Part shown: piece by piece, positions 1 through 10,963 of the stretch
Position numbering within the stretch: position 1 is the stretch's first letter
Layout of the letters: each line of letters opens with the position of its first letter
Assembly: GCA_964019425.1 (NCBI GenBank)
Contig: OZ025798.1
Location: forward strand, 1 to 64,000
Length of the DNA stretch: 64,000 nt
Origin: Flectonema sp. DT1601
Lineage: Eukaryota
Reading direction: 5' to 3'
Program-made: the position numbers and the translations under genes
The notes under the pieces: model-generated
Seen by the model: only the letters and a program-made list of their open reading frames with translations
Told to the model about the DNA's origin: nothing
The model's database searches: none

Positions 1-3000
1 GGTTTGCGGGTTTGCGGGTTTGCGGGTTTGCGGGTTTGCGGGTTTGCGGGTTTGCGGGTTTGCGGCGGTTTGCGGGTTTGCGGGTTTGCGGGTTTGCGGG
101 TTTGCGGGTTTGCGGGTTTGCGGGTTTGCGGGTTTGCGGGTTTGCGGGTTTGCGGGTTTGCGGGTTTGCGGGTTTGCGGGTTTGCGGGTTTGCGGGTTTG
201 CGGGTTTGCGGGTTTGCGGGTTTGCGGGTTTGCGGGTTTGCGGGTTTGCGGGTTTGCGGGTTTGCGGGTTTGCGGGTTTGCGGGTTTGCGGGTTTGCGGG
301 TTTGCGGGTTTGCGGGTTTGCGGGTTTGCGGGTTTGCGGGTTTGCGGGTTTGCGGGTTTGCGGGTTTGCGGGTTTGCGGGTTTGCGGGTTTGCGGGTTTG
401 CGGGTTTGCGGGTTTGCGGGTTTGCGGGTTTGCGGGTTTGCGGGTTTGCGGGTTTGCGGGTTTGCGGGTTTGCGGGTTTGCGGGTTTGCGGGTTTGCGGG
501 TTTGCGGGTTTGCGGGTTTGCGGGTTTGCGGGTTTGCGGGTTTGCGGGTTTGCGGGTTTGCGGGTTTGCGGGTTTGCGGGTTTGCGGGTTTGCGGGTTTG
601 CGGGTTTGCGGGTTTGCGGGTTTGCGGGTTTGCGGGTTTGCGGGTTTGCGGGTTTGCGGGTTTGCGGGTTTGCGGGTTTGCGGGTTTGCGGGTTTGCGGG
701 TTTGCGGGTTTGCGGGTTTGCGGGTTTGCGGGTTTGCGGGTTTGCGGGTTTGCGGGTTTGCGGGTTTGCGGGTTTGCGGGTTTGCGGGTTTGCGGGTTTG
801 CGGGTTTGCGGGTTTGCGGGTTTGCGGGTTTGCGGGTTTGCGGGTTTGCGGGTTTGCGGGTTTGCGGGTTTGCGGGTTTGCGGGTTTGCGGGTTTGCGGG
901 TTTGCGGGTTTGCGGGTTTGCGGGTTTGCGGGTTTGCGGGTTTGCGGGTTTGCGGGTTTGCGGGTTTGCGGGTTTGCGGGTTTGCGGGTTTGCGGGTTTG
1001 CGGGTTTGCGGGTTTGCGGGTTTGCGGGTTTGCGGGTTTGCGGGTTTGCGGGTTTGCGGGTTTGCGGGTTTGCGGGTTTGCGGGTTTGCGGGTTTGCGGG
1101 TTTGCGGGTTTGCGGGTTTGCGGGTTTGCGGGTTTGCGGGTTTGCGGGTTTGCGGGTTTGCGGGTTTGCGGGTTTGCGGGTTTGCGGGTTTGCGGGTTTG
1201 CGGGTTTGCGGGTTTGCGGGTTTGCGGGTTTGCGGGTTTGCGGGTTTGCGGGTTTGCGGGTTTGCGGGTTTGCGGGTTTGCGGGTTTGCGGGTTTGCGGG
1301 TTTGCGGGTTTGCGGGTTTGCGGGTTTGCGGGTTTGCGGGTTTGCGGGTTTGCGGGTTTGCGGGTTTGCGGGTTTGCGGGTTTGCGGGTTTGCGGGTTTG
1401 CGGGTTTGCGGGTTTGCGGGTTTGCGGGTTTGCGGGTTTGCGGGTTTGCGGGTTTGCGGGTTTGCGGGTTTGCGGGTTTGCGGGTTTGCGGGTTTGCGGG
1501 TTTGCGGGTTTGCGGGTTTGCGGGTTTGCGGGTTTGCGGGTTTGCGGGTTTGCGGGTTTGCGGGTTTGCGGGTTTGCGGGTTTGCGGGTTTGCGGGTTTG
1601 CGGGTTTGCGGGTTTGCGGGTTTGCGGGTTTGCGGGTTTGCGGGTTTGCGGGTTTGCGGGTTTGCGGGTTTGCGGGTTTGCGGGTTTGCGGGTTTGCGGG
1701 TTTGCGGGTTTGCGGGTTTGCGGGTTTGCGGGTTTGCGGGTTTGCGGGTTTGCGGGTTTGCGGGTTTGCGGGTTTGCGGGTTTGCGGGTTTGCGGGTTTG
1801 CGGGTTTGCGGGTTTGCGGGTTTGCGGGTTTGCGGGTTTGCGGGTTTGCGGGTTTGCGGGTTTGCGGGTTTGCGGGTTTGCGGGTTTGCGGGTTTGCGGG
1901 TTTGCGGGTTTGCGGGTTTGCGGGTTTGCGGGTTTGCGGGTTTGCGGGTTTGCGGGTTTGCGGGTTTGCGGGTTTGCGGGTTTGCGGGTTTGCGGGTTTG
2001 CGGGTTTGCGGGTTTGCGGGTTTGCGGGTTTGCGGGTTTGCGGGTTTGCGGGTTTGCGGGTTTGCGGGTTTGCGGGTTTGCGGGTTTGCGGGTTTGCGGG
2101 TTTGCGGGTTTGCGGGTTTGCGGGTTTGCGGGTTTGCGGGTTTGCGGGTTTGCGGGTTTGCGGGTTTGCGGGTTTGCGGGTTTGCGGGTTTGCGGGTTTG
2201 CGGGTTTGCGGGTTTGCGGGTTTGCGGGTTTGCGGGTTTGCGGGTTTGCGGGTTTGCGGGTTTGCGGGTTTGCGGGTTTGCGGGTTTGCGGGTTTGCGGG
2301 TTTGCGGGTTTGCGGGTTTGCGGGTTTGCGGGTTTGCGGGTTTGCGGGTTTGCGGGTTTGCGGGTTTGCGGGTTTGCGGGTTTGCGGGTTTGCGGGTTTG
2401 CGGGTTTGCGGGTTTGCGGGTTTGCGGGTTTGCGGGTTTGCGGGTTTGCGGGTTTGCGGGTTTGCGGGTTTGCGGGTTTGCGGGTTTGCGGGTTTGCGGG
2501 TTTGCGGGTTTGCGGGTTTGCGGGTTTGCGGGTTTGCGGGTTTGCGGGTTTGCGGGTTTGCGGGTTTGCGGGTTTGCGGGTTTGCGGGTTTGCGGGTTTG
2601 CGGGTTTGCGGGTTTGCGGGTTTGCGGGTTTGCGGGTTTGCGGGTTTGCGGGTTTGCGGGTTTGCGGGTTTGCGGGTTTGCGGGTTTGCGGGTTTGCGGG
2701 TTTGCGGGTTTGCGGGTTTGCGGGTTTGCGGGTTTGCGGGTTTGCGGGTTTGCGGGTTTGCGGGTTTGCGGGTTTGCGGGTTTGCGGGTTTGCGGGTTTG
2801 CGGGTTTGCGGGTTTGCGGGTTTGCGGGTTTGCGGGTTTGCGGGTTTGCGGGTTTGCGGGTTTGCGGGTTTGCGGGTTTGCGGGTTTGCGGGTTTGCGGG
2901 TTTGCGGGTTTGCGGGTTTGCGGGTTTGCGGGTTTGCGGGTTTGCGGGTTTGCGGGTTTGCGGGTTTGCGGGTTTGCGGGTTTGCGGGTTTGCGGGTTTG

Positions 3001-6000
3001 CGGGTTTGCGGGTTTGCGGGTTTGCGGGTTTGCGGGTTTGCGGGTTTGCGGGTTTGCGGGTTTGCGGGTTTGCGGGTTTGCGGGTTTGCGGGTTTGCGGG
3101 TTTGCGGGTTTGCGGGTTTGCGGGTTTGCGGGTTTGCGGGTTTGCGGGTTTGCGGGTTTGCGGGTTTGCGGGTTTGCGGGTTTGCGGGTTTGCGGGTTTG
3201 CGGGTTTGCGGGTTTGCGGGTTTGCGGGTTTGCGGGTTTGCGGGTTTGCGGGTTTGCGGGTTTGCGGGTTTGCGGGTTTGCGGGTTTGCGGGTTTGCGGG
3301 TTTGCGGGTTTGCGGGTTTGCGGGTTTGCGGGTTTGCGGGTTTGCGGGTTTGCGGGTTTGCGGGTTTGCGGGTTTGCGGGTTTGCGGGTTTGCGGGTTTG
3401 CGGGTTTGCGGGTTTGCGGGTTTGCGGGTTTGCGGGTTTGCGGGTTTGCGGGTTTGCGGGTTTGCGGGTTTGCGGGTTTGCGGGTTTGCGGGTTTGCGGG
3501 TTTGCGGGTTTGCGGGTTTGCGGGTTTGCGGGTTTGCGGGTTTGCGGGTTTGCGGGTTTGCGGGTTTGCGGGTTTGCGGGTTTGCGGGTTTGCGGGTTTG
3601 CGGGTTTGCGGGTTTGCGGGTTTGCGGGTTTGCGGGTTTGCGGGTTTGCGGGTTTGCGGGTTTGCGGGTTTGCGGGTTTGCGGGTTTGCGGGTTTGCGGG
3701 TTTGCGGGTTTGCGGGTTTGCGGGTTTGCGGGTTTGCGGGTTTGCGGGTTTGCGGGTTTGCGGGTTTGCGGGTTTGCGGGTTTGCGGGTTTGCGGGTTTG
3801 CGGGTTTGCGGGTTTGCGGGTTTGCGGGTTTGCGGGTTTGCGGGTTTGCGGGTTTGCGGGTTTGCGGGTTTGCGGGTTTGCGGGTTTGCGGGTTTGCGGG
3901 TTTGCGGGTTTGCGGGTTTGCGGGTTTGCGGGTTTGCGGGTTTGCGGGTTTGCGGGTTTGCGGGTTTGCGGGTTTGCGGGTTTGCGGGTTTGCGGGTTTG
4001 CGGGTTTGCGGGTTTGCGGGTTTGCGGGTTTGCGGGTTTGCGGGTTTGCGGGTTTGCGGGTTTGCGGGTTTGCGGGTTTGCGGGTTTGCGGGTTTGCGGG
4101 TTTGCGGGTTTGCGGGTTTGCGGGTTTGCGGGTTTGCGGGTTTGCGGGTTTGCGGGTTTGCGGGTTTGCGGGTTTGCGGGTTTGCGGGTTTGCGGGTTTG
4201 CGGGTTTGCGGGTTTGCGGGTTTGCGGGTTTGCGGGTTTGCGGGTTTGCGGGTTTGCGGGTTTGCGGGTTTGCGGGTTTGCGGGTTTGCGGGTTTGCGGG
4301 TTTGCGGGTTTGCGGGTTTGCGGGTTTGCGGGTTTGCGGGTTTGCGGGTTTGCGGGTTTGCGGGTTTGCGGGTTTGCGGGTTTGCGGGTTTGCGGGTTTG
4401 CGGGTTTGCGGGTTTGCGGGTTTGCGGGTTTGCGGGTTTGCGGGTTTGCGGGTTTGCGGGTTTGCGGGTTTGCGGGTTTGCGGGTTTGCGGGTTTGCGGG
4501 TTTGCGGGTTTGCGGGTTTGCGGGTTTGCGGGTTTGCGGGTTTGCGGGTTTGCGGGTTTGCGGGTTTGCGGGTTTGCGGGTTTGCGGGTTTGCGGGTTTG
4601 CGGGTTTGCGGGTTTGCGGGTTTGCGGGTTTGCGGGTTTGCGGGTTTGCGGGTTTGCGGGTTTGCGGGTTTGCGGGTTTGCGGGTTTGCGGGTTTGCGGG
4701 TTTGCGGGTTTGCGGGTTTGCGGGTTTGCGGGTTTGCGGGTTTGCGGGTTTGCGGGTTTGCGGGTTTGCGGGTTTGCGGGTTTGCGGGTTTGCGGGTTTG
4801 CGGGTTTGCGGGTTTGCGGGTTTGCGGGTTTGCGGGTTTGCGGGTTTGCGGGTTTGCGGGTTTGCGGGTTTGCGGGTTTGCGGGTTTGCGGGTTTGCGGG
4901 TTTGCGGGTTTGCGGGTTTGCGGGTTTGCGGGTTTGCGGGTTTGCGGGTTTGCGGGTTTGCGGGTTTGCGGGTTTGCGGGTTTGCGGGTTTGCGGGTTTG
5001 CGGGTTTGCGGGTTTGCGGGTTTGCGGGTTTGCGGGTTTGCGGGTTTGCGGGTTTGCGGGTTTGCGGGTTTGCGGGTTTGCGGGTTTGCGGGTTTGCGGG
5101 TTTGCGGGTTTGCGGGTTTGCGGGTTTGCGGGTTTGCGGGTTTGCGGGTTTGCGGGTTTGCGGGTTTGCGGGTTTGCGGGTTTGCGGGTTTGCGGGTTTG
5201 CGGGTTTGCGGGTTTGCGGGTTTGCGGGTTTGCGGGTTTGCGGGTTTGCGGGTTTGCGGGTTTGCGGGTTTGCGGGTTTGCGGGTTTGCGGGTTTGCGGG
5301 TTTGCGGGTTTGCGGGTTTGCGGGTTTGCGGGTTTGCGGGTTTGCGGGTTTGCGGGTTTGCGGGTTTGCGGGTTTGCGGGTTTGCGGGTTTGCGGGTTTG
5401 CGGGTTTGCGGGTTTGCGGGTTTGCGGGTTTGCGGGTTTGCGGGTTTGCGGGTTTGCGGGTTTGCGGGTTTGCGGGTTTGCGGGTTTGCGGGTTTGCGGG
5501 TTTGCGGGTTTGCGGGTTTGCGGGTTTGCGGGTTTGCGGGTTTGCGGGTTTGCGGGTTTGCGGGTTTGCGGGTTTGCGGGTTTGCGGGTTTGCGGGTTTG
5601 CGGGTTTGCGGGTTTGCGGGTTTGCGGGTTTGCGGGTTTGCGGGTTTGCGGGTTTGCGGGTTTGCGGGTTTGCGGGTTTGCGGGTTTGCGGGTTTGCGGG
5701 TTTGCGGGTTTGCGGGTTTGCGGGTTTGCGGGTTTGCGGGTTTGCGGGTTTGCGGGTTTGCGGGTTTGCGGGTTTGCGGGTTTGCGGGTTTGCGGGTTTG
5801 CGGGTTTGCGGGTTTGCGGGTTTGCGGGTTTGCGGGTTTGCGGGTTTGCGGGTTTGCGGGTTTGCGGGTTTGCGGGTTTGCGGGTTTGCGGGTTTGCGGG
5901 TTTGCGGGTTTGCGGGTTTGCGGGTTTGCGGGTTTGCGGGTTTGCGGGTTTGCGGGTTTGCGGGTTTGCGGGTTTGCGGGTTTGCGGGTTTGCGGGTTTG

Positions 6001-8663
6001 CGGGTTTGCGGGTTTGCGGGTTTGCGGGTTTGCGGGTTTGCGGGTTTGCGGGTTTGCGGGTTTGCGGGTTTGCGGGTTTGCGGGTTTGCGGGTTTGCGGG
6101 TTTGCGGGTTTGCGGGTTTGCGGGTTTGCGGGTTTGCGGGTTTGCGGGTTTGCGGGTTTGCGGGTTTGCGGGTTTGCGGGTTTGCGGGTTTGCGGGTTTG
6201 CGGGTTTGCGGGTTTGCGGGTTTGCGGGTTTGCGGGTTTGCGGGTTTGCGGGTTTGCGGGTTTGCGGGTTTGCGGGTTTGCGGGTTTGCGGGTTTGCGGG
6301 TTTGCGGGTTTGCGGGTTTGCGGGTTTGCGGGTTTGCGGGTTTGCGGGTTTGCGGGTTTGCGGGTTTGCGGGTTTGCGGGTTTGCGGGTTTGCGGGTTTG
6401 CGGGTTTGCGGGTTTGCGGGTTTGCGGGTTTGCGGGTTTGCGGGTTTGCGGGTTTGCGGGTTTGCGGGTTTGCGGGTTTGCGGGTTTGCGGGTTTGCGGG
6501 TTTGCGGGTTTGCGGGTTTGCGGGTTTGCGGGTTTGCGGGTTTGCGGGTTTGCGGGTTTGCGGGTTTGCGGGTTTGCGGGTTTGCGGGTTTGCGGGTTTG
6601 CGGGTTTGCGGGTTTGCGGGTTTGCGGGTTTGCGGGTTTGCGGGTTTGCGGGTTTGCGGGTTTGCGGGTTTGCGGGTTTGCGGGTTTGCGGGTTTGCGGG
6701 TTTGCGGGTTTGCGGGTTTGCGGGTTTGCGGGTTTGCGGGTTTGCGGGTTTGCGGGTTTGCGGGTTTGCGGGTTTGCGGGTTTGCGGGTTTGCGGGTTTG
6801 CGGGTTTGCGGGTTTGCGGGTTTGCGGGTTTGCGGGTTTGCGGGTTTGCGGGTTTGCGGGTTTGCGGGTTTGCGGGTTTGCGGGTTTGCGGGTTTGCGGG
6901 TTTGCGGGTTTGCGGGTTTGCGGGTTTGCGGGTTTGCGGGTTTGCGGGTTTGCGGGTTTGCGGGTTTGCGGGTTTGCGGGTTTGCGGGTTTGCGGGTTTG
7001 CGGGTTTGCGGGTTTGCGGGTTTGCGGGTTTGCGGGTTTGCGGGTTTGCGGGTTTGCGGGTTTGCGGGTTTGCGGGTTTGCGGGTTTGCGGGTTTGCGGG
7101 TTTGCGGGTTTGCGGGTTTGCGGGTTTGCGGGTTTGCGGGTTTGCGGGTTTGCGGGTTTGCGGGTTTGCGGGTTTGCGGGTTTGCGGGTTTGCGGGTTTG
7201 CGGGTTTGCGGGTTTGCGGGTTTGCGGGTTTGCGGGTTTGCGGGTTTGCGGGTTTGCGGGTTTGCGGGTTTGCGGGTTTGCGGGTTTGCGGGTTTGCGGG
7301 TTTGCGGGTTTGCGGGTTTGCGGGTTTGCGGGTTTGCGGGTTTGCGGGTTTGCGGGTTTGCGGGTTTGCGGGTTTGCGGGTTTGCGGGTTTGCGGGTTTG
7401 CGGGTTTGCGGGTTTGCGGGTTTGCGGGTTTGCGGGTTTGCGGGTTTGCGGGTTTGCGGGTTTGCGGGTTTGCGGGTTTGCGGGTTTGCGGGTTTGCGGG
7501 TTTGCGGGTTTGCGGGTTTGCGGGTTTGCGGGTTTGCGGGTTTGCGGGTTTGCGGGTTTGCGGGTTTGCGGGTTTGCGGGTTTGCGGGTTTGCGGGTTTG
7601 CGGGTTTGCGGGTTTGCGGGTTTGCGGGTTTGCGGGTTTGCGGGTTTGCGGGTTTGCGGGTTTGCGGGTTTGCGGGTTTGCGGGTTTGCGGGTTTGCGGG
7701 TTTGCGGGTTTGCGGGTTTGCGGGTTTGCGGGTTTGCGGGTTTGCGGGTTTGCGGGTTTGCGGGTTTGCGGGTTTGCGGGTTTGCGGGTTTGCGGGTTTG
7801 CGGGTTTGCGGGTTTGCGGGTTTGCGGGTTTGCGGGTTTGCGGGTTTGCGGGTTTGCGGGTTTGCGGGTTTGCGGGTTTGCGGGTTTGCGGGTTTGCGGG
7901 TTTGCGGGTTTGCGGGTTTGCGGGTTTGCGGGTTTGCGGGTTTGCGGGTTTGCGGGTTTGCGGGTTTGCGGGTTTGCGGGTTTGCGGGTTTGCGGGTTTG
8001 CGGGTTTGCGGGTTTGCGGGTTTGCGGGTTTGCGGGTTTGCGGGTTTGCGGGTTTGCGGGTTTGCGGGTTTGCGGGTTTGCGGGTTTGCGGGTTTGCGGG
8101 TTTGCGGGTTTGCGGGTTTGCGGGTTTGCGGGTTTGCGGGTTTGCGGGTTTGCGGGTTTGCGGGTTTGCGGGTTTGCGGGTTTGCGGGTTTGCGGGTTTG
8201 CGGGTTTGCGGGTTTGCGGGTTTGCGGGTTTGCGGGTTTGCGGGTTTGCGGGTTTGCGGGTTTGCGGGTTTGCGGGTTTGCGGGTTTGCGGGTTTGCGGG
8301 TTTGCGGGTTTGCGGGTTTGCGGGTTTGCGGGTTTGCGGGTTTGCGGGTTTGCGGGTTTGCGGGTTTGCGGGTTTGCGGGTTTGCGGGTTTGCGGGTTTG
8401 CGGGTTTGCGGGTTTGCGGGTTTGCGGGTTTGCGGGTTTGCGGGTTTGCGGGTTTGCGGGTTTGCGGGTTTGCGGGTTTGCGGGTTTGCGGGTTTGCGGG
8501 TTTGCGGGTTTGCGGGTTTGCGGGTTTGCGGGTTTGCGGGTTTGCGGGTTTGCGGGTTTGCGGGTTTGCGGGTTTGCGGGTTTGCGGGTTTGCGGGTTTG
8601 CGGGTTTGCGGGTTTGCGGGTTTGCGGGTTTGCGGGTTTGCGGGTTTGCGGGTTTGCGGGTTT
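1..8663 (+). repeat. (GGGTTTGC)n telomere-like tandem array, about 1,080 units of 8 bp
   Basis: Read directly. The only deviation I noticed is GCGGCGGTTT near 62-71. The array ends at ...GCGGGTTT|CTTGTTG. Telomere identity is inferred from the G3 run, strand asymmetry, homogeneity and length. Confidence 0.97.
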
Positions 8664-8945
8664 CTTGTTGTTGGTAGTTGGTGTCGGGCCTCCATCATTT
8701 CCATCCCTCACCGTGCTCGCCGCTTCCTGTCGTTGTCCCCCGGACTCCTTCCCCTTCCTCTCTTGCTCTGTCGTCTTTCTCTTTGACGACTCTCCTTGTT
8801 TCTCGCCGGAGTCCTCCGTCAGCTGCTCCAGCACTCTCATCGTGAGAGTCAAAACCCTCCTTCTCTTTTCTTCTCCTGCTAGCCCTTTCTCCACTTCTTG
8901 TACTAGCCGCATCACATCCAAAAGCAGCTCCTTACAACTGCTCAT
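8664..8945 (-). pseudogene. 3'-truncated ORF (94 codons) running without a stop into the repeat array
   Basis: Manual translation from ATG 8945: MSSCKELLLDVMRLVQEVEKGLAGEEKRRRVLTLTMRVLEQLTEDSGEKQGESSKRK...PTPTTNNK, then (KPANPQTR)n from the array. Helical, charged N-terminus. Absent from the ORF track because it has no stop in the window. Confidence 0.6.
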
Positions 8946-9149
8946 TATAGTTTTATGTCTGTCAGAAAACCCGCACAAAATCGACTCTCACCAGGTAATG
9001 GTAGGAAATCAATAAAGTACAATAAAGTACAGAAAGTACAGAAAATTTTCCCGTCATGTTGGGTTGTTTCGAGCGGTTAAAATTTTTGTGATGAGTTGGC
9101 GATTTCGCAAACTATTTTTGTGGAATTAGGGGTTTTCCCTTTAAAAAAA

Positions 9150-9335
9150 AAACAATCAGTTTAGCGTCTTGACCAGGACGGAAAAGAGATGCTCTTTTTT
9201 TTTTTTTTTTTAAATTTTTTTATAAATTTTTTTTTAGAAAGGAAACAATCAGTTTAGCGTCTCAGGACGGGAAATAGAAATTGATCGACATAGTCGATCG
9301 ATAAAAAAACAATGATAACATTGTTTATTCTTTTT
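9150..9335. repeat. Hairpin-containing minisatellite (one partial and one near-complete unit), same family as 58137-58650
   Basis: AACAATCAGTTTAGCGTCTTGACCAGGACGGAAAA at ~9151, and a variant at ~9244 continuing ATCGACATAGTCGATCGATAAAAAAACAATGATAACATTGTTTATTC. Confidence 0.85.
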
Positions 9336-9646
9336 TTTTTATAATATTTTTATAAAAAAGCTGCTGCGCAATGAGCAACGTCGAGGTTGCTCTATTTTAT
9401 GATATTTTTGTGAACTCCTTTTTTTTTTTTTTTTTTTTTTTTTTGTGGCTTTTCTTCTGGTGGTGTTCATTGCTGATGCTCATCGTTAGACTAAGATGCA
9501 TGTATTTTTTTTTTTAATTTTGTTTTTGCCACTGGCAAGTCTGTCAGTTCAAATAACTAACAAATGTCTTTATTCTCTAAAACTTTTCACAGTTTAGACA
9601 TCACTTCGTTGAAGGCACTTCTGCTAACGGCAATCAGATCAAAAAA

Positions 9647-9659
<13 letters not shown>

Positions 9660-9683
<24 letters not shown>

Positions 9684-9738
9684 GAAAAGAAAAGAAAAGA
9701 AAAGAAAAGAAAAGAAAAGAAAAGAAAAGAAAAGAAAA
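9660..9738. repeat. (AAAAG)n microsatellite after a poly-A run
   Basis: Read directly. Confidence 0.95.
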
Positions 9739-9934
9739 GGAGGAAATCCTTATTTTGTACTTGCAATGAATCTGTATTTTATGTGTCAGATCATCAGGTA
9801 CATTAAATAATTATGTTTCTTTAGTTGTCCTCATTAACTCAACAAGTGTATCTTAAAGTACCCCCGTTTTTTTTTTATATAGTTGTGATTATGTACTTTG
9901 CCTTGGAATTTAAAAAAAAAAAAAAAAAAAACAA

Positions 9935-10205
9935 CGTCTTTGCAACACATTCATAAAAAGAACCAGTACTGCCCTGCAGCAACTCGCAGACAGTTCCAGC
10001 AAGGCAATTAAGGCTTGAACAATCAGTATTCATAAAAAGAACTAGTACTGCCCTGCAGAAACTCACAGTCAGTTCCAGGAAGACAATTAAGGCTTGCACA
10101 ATCATTAGCTGGTGCCATCTTTGCAACACATTCTGGTTAAGCACCGTTACTGCTCTGCAACATCTCACAGACGTATCCGGTACCGCACTGCAATGTTCCA
10201 ATAAG
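9935..10205 (-). pseudogene. Degenerate Cys-rich repeat protein fragment (three C-x3-C-x2-G-x2-C-type, follistatin-N-like repeats)
   Basis: Manual translation: LQCGTGYVCEMLQSSNGA*PECVAKMAPANDCASLNCLPGTDCEFLQGSTSSFYE, frameshift, TDCSSLNCLAGTVCELLQGSTGSFYECVAKT. The ~78-bp DNA repeat is visible. One stop and one frameshift. Confidence 0.6.
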
Positions 10206-10963
10206 TGGCAATAATTATTAATATGCAATGAAACCAAACATCCACGGTGGCCGGATAACTTATGCCCACTGTACCGGACATTTTCTTATAACATATCCAG
10301 CGGTCAGCGATCAACGACTTTCAGCGATCATTCAGTGATCATTCGGCGGTTATTCAGCGACTATTCAGAACATGCCATTTTTTCTTATGTGTATCGCTGG
10401 ATATTCGCTGAAAGTTAAAGTTGCAGGAAGTTGAAAGAACATGTGTACTTGGCTATGATATGACTTCAAGTCGATTGGGTGATAATGACAACATAACCCG
10501 TCAGTCAGAATTTGCCCCCCATCATCACATAACCGAGTCTGTCGAAAGAAGTATGAGTTAACACATGCATTACATGAAACATCTGATCATTCAAAATGAC
10601 TACATACTTTCTCTTGTACTAATAAGTAAGAATTCCAATAATCCAGAACTTGAGAAAAAAGAAAAAAAACTGCTGACAATAACCATCAATAACAGGAATG
10701 ACTGAAATAAATGACTGCATCAAACTCAAAACTTCACCACGAAAACTGGCTGAAAAAATCAATCATGGAGGAAAATATTCTGGTACTCAGTGAAGACCGG
10801 GTTACCTCATTAAAATCTATTGGGACTTCCTTTCTTTCAGGGCTGGTCAATTCAACATAGAAATGGATTTCTTTAAAGAACATAGAGAGACAGTATTTGT
10901 TGGTACAACGTTGACACACATAATGATGACCAAACAAATTGCGTTCCCCTGAACTTAAATGGT

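Noticed and set aside
4..9015. Three ~2,900-3,000-aa plus-strand ORFs (LRVCGFAG)n
   Set aside because: A stop-free 8-bp repeat gives the same peptide in all three frames.
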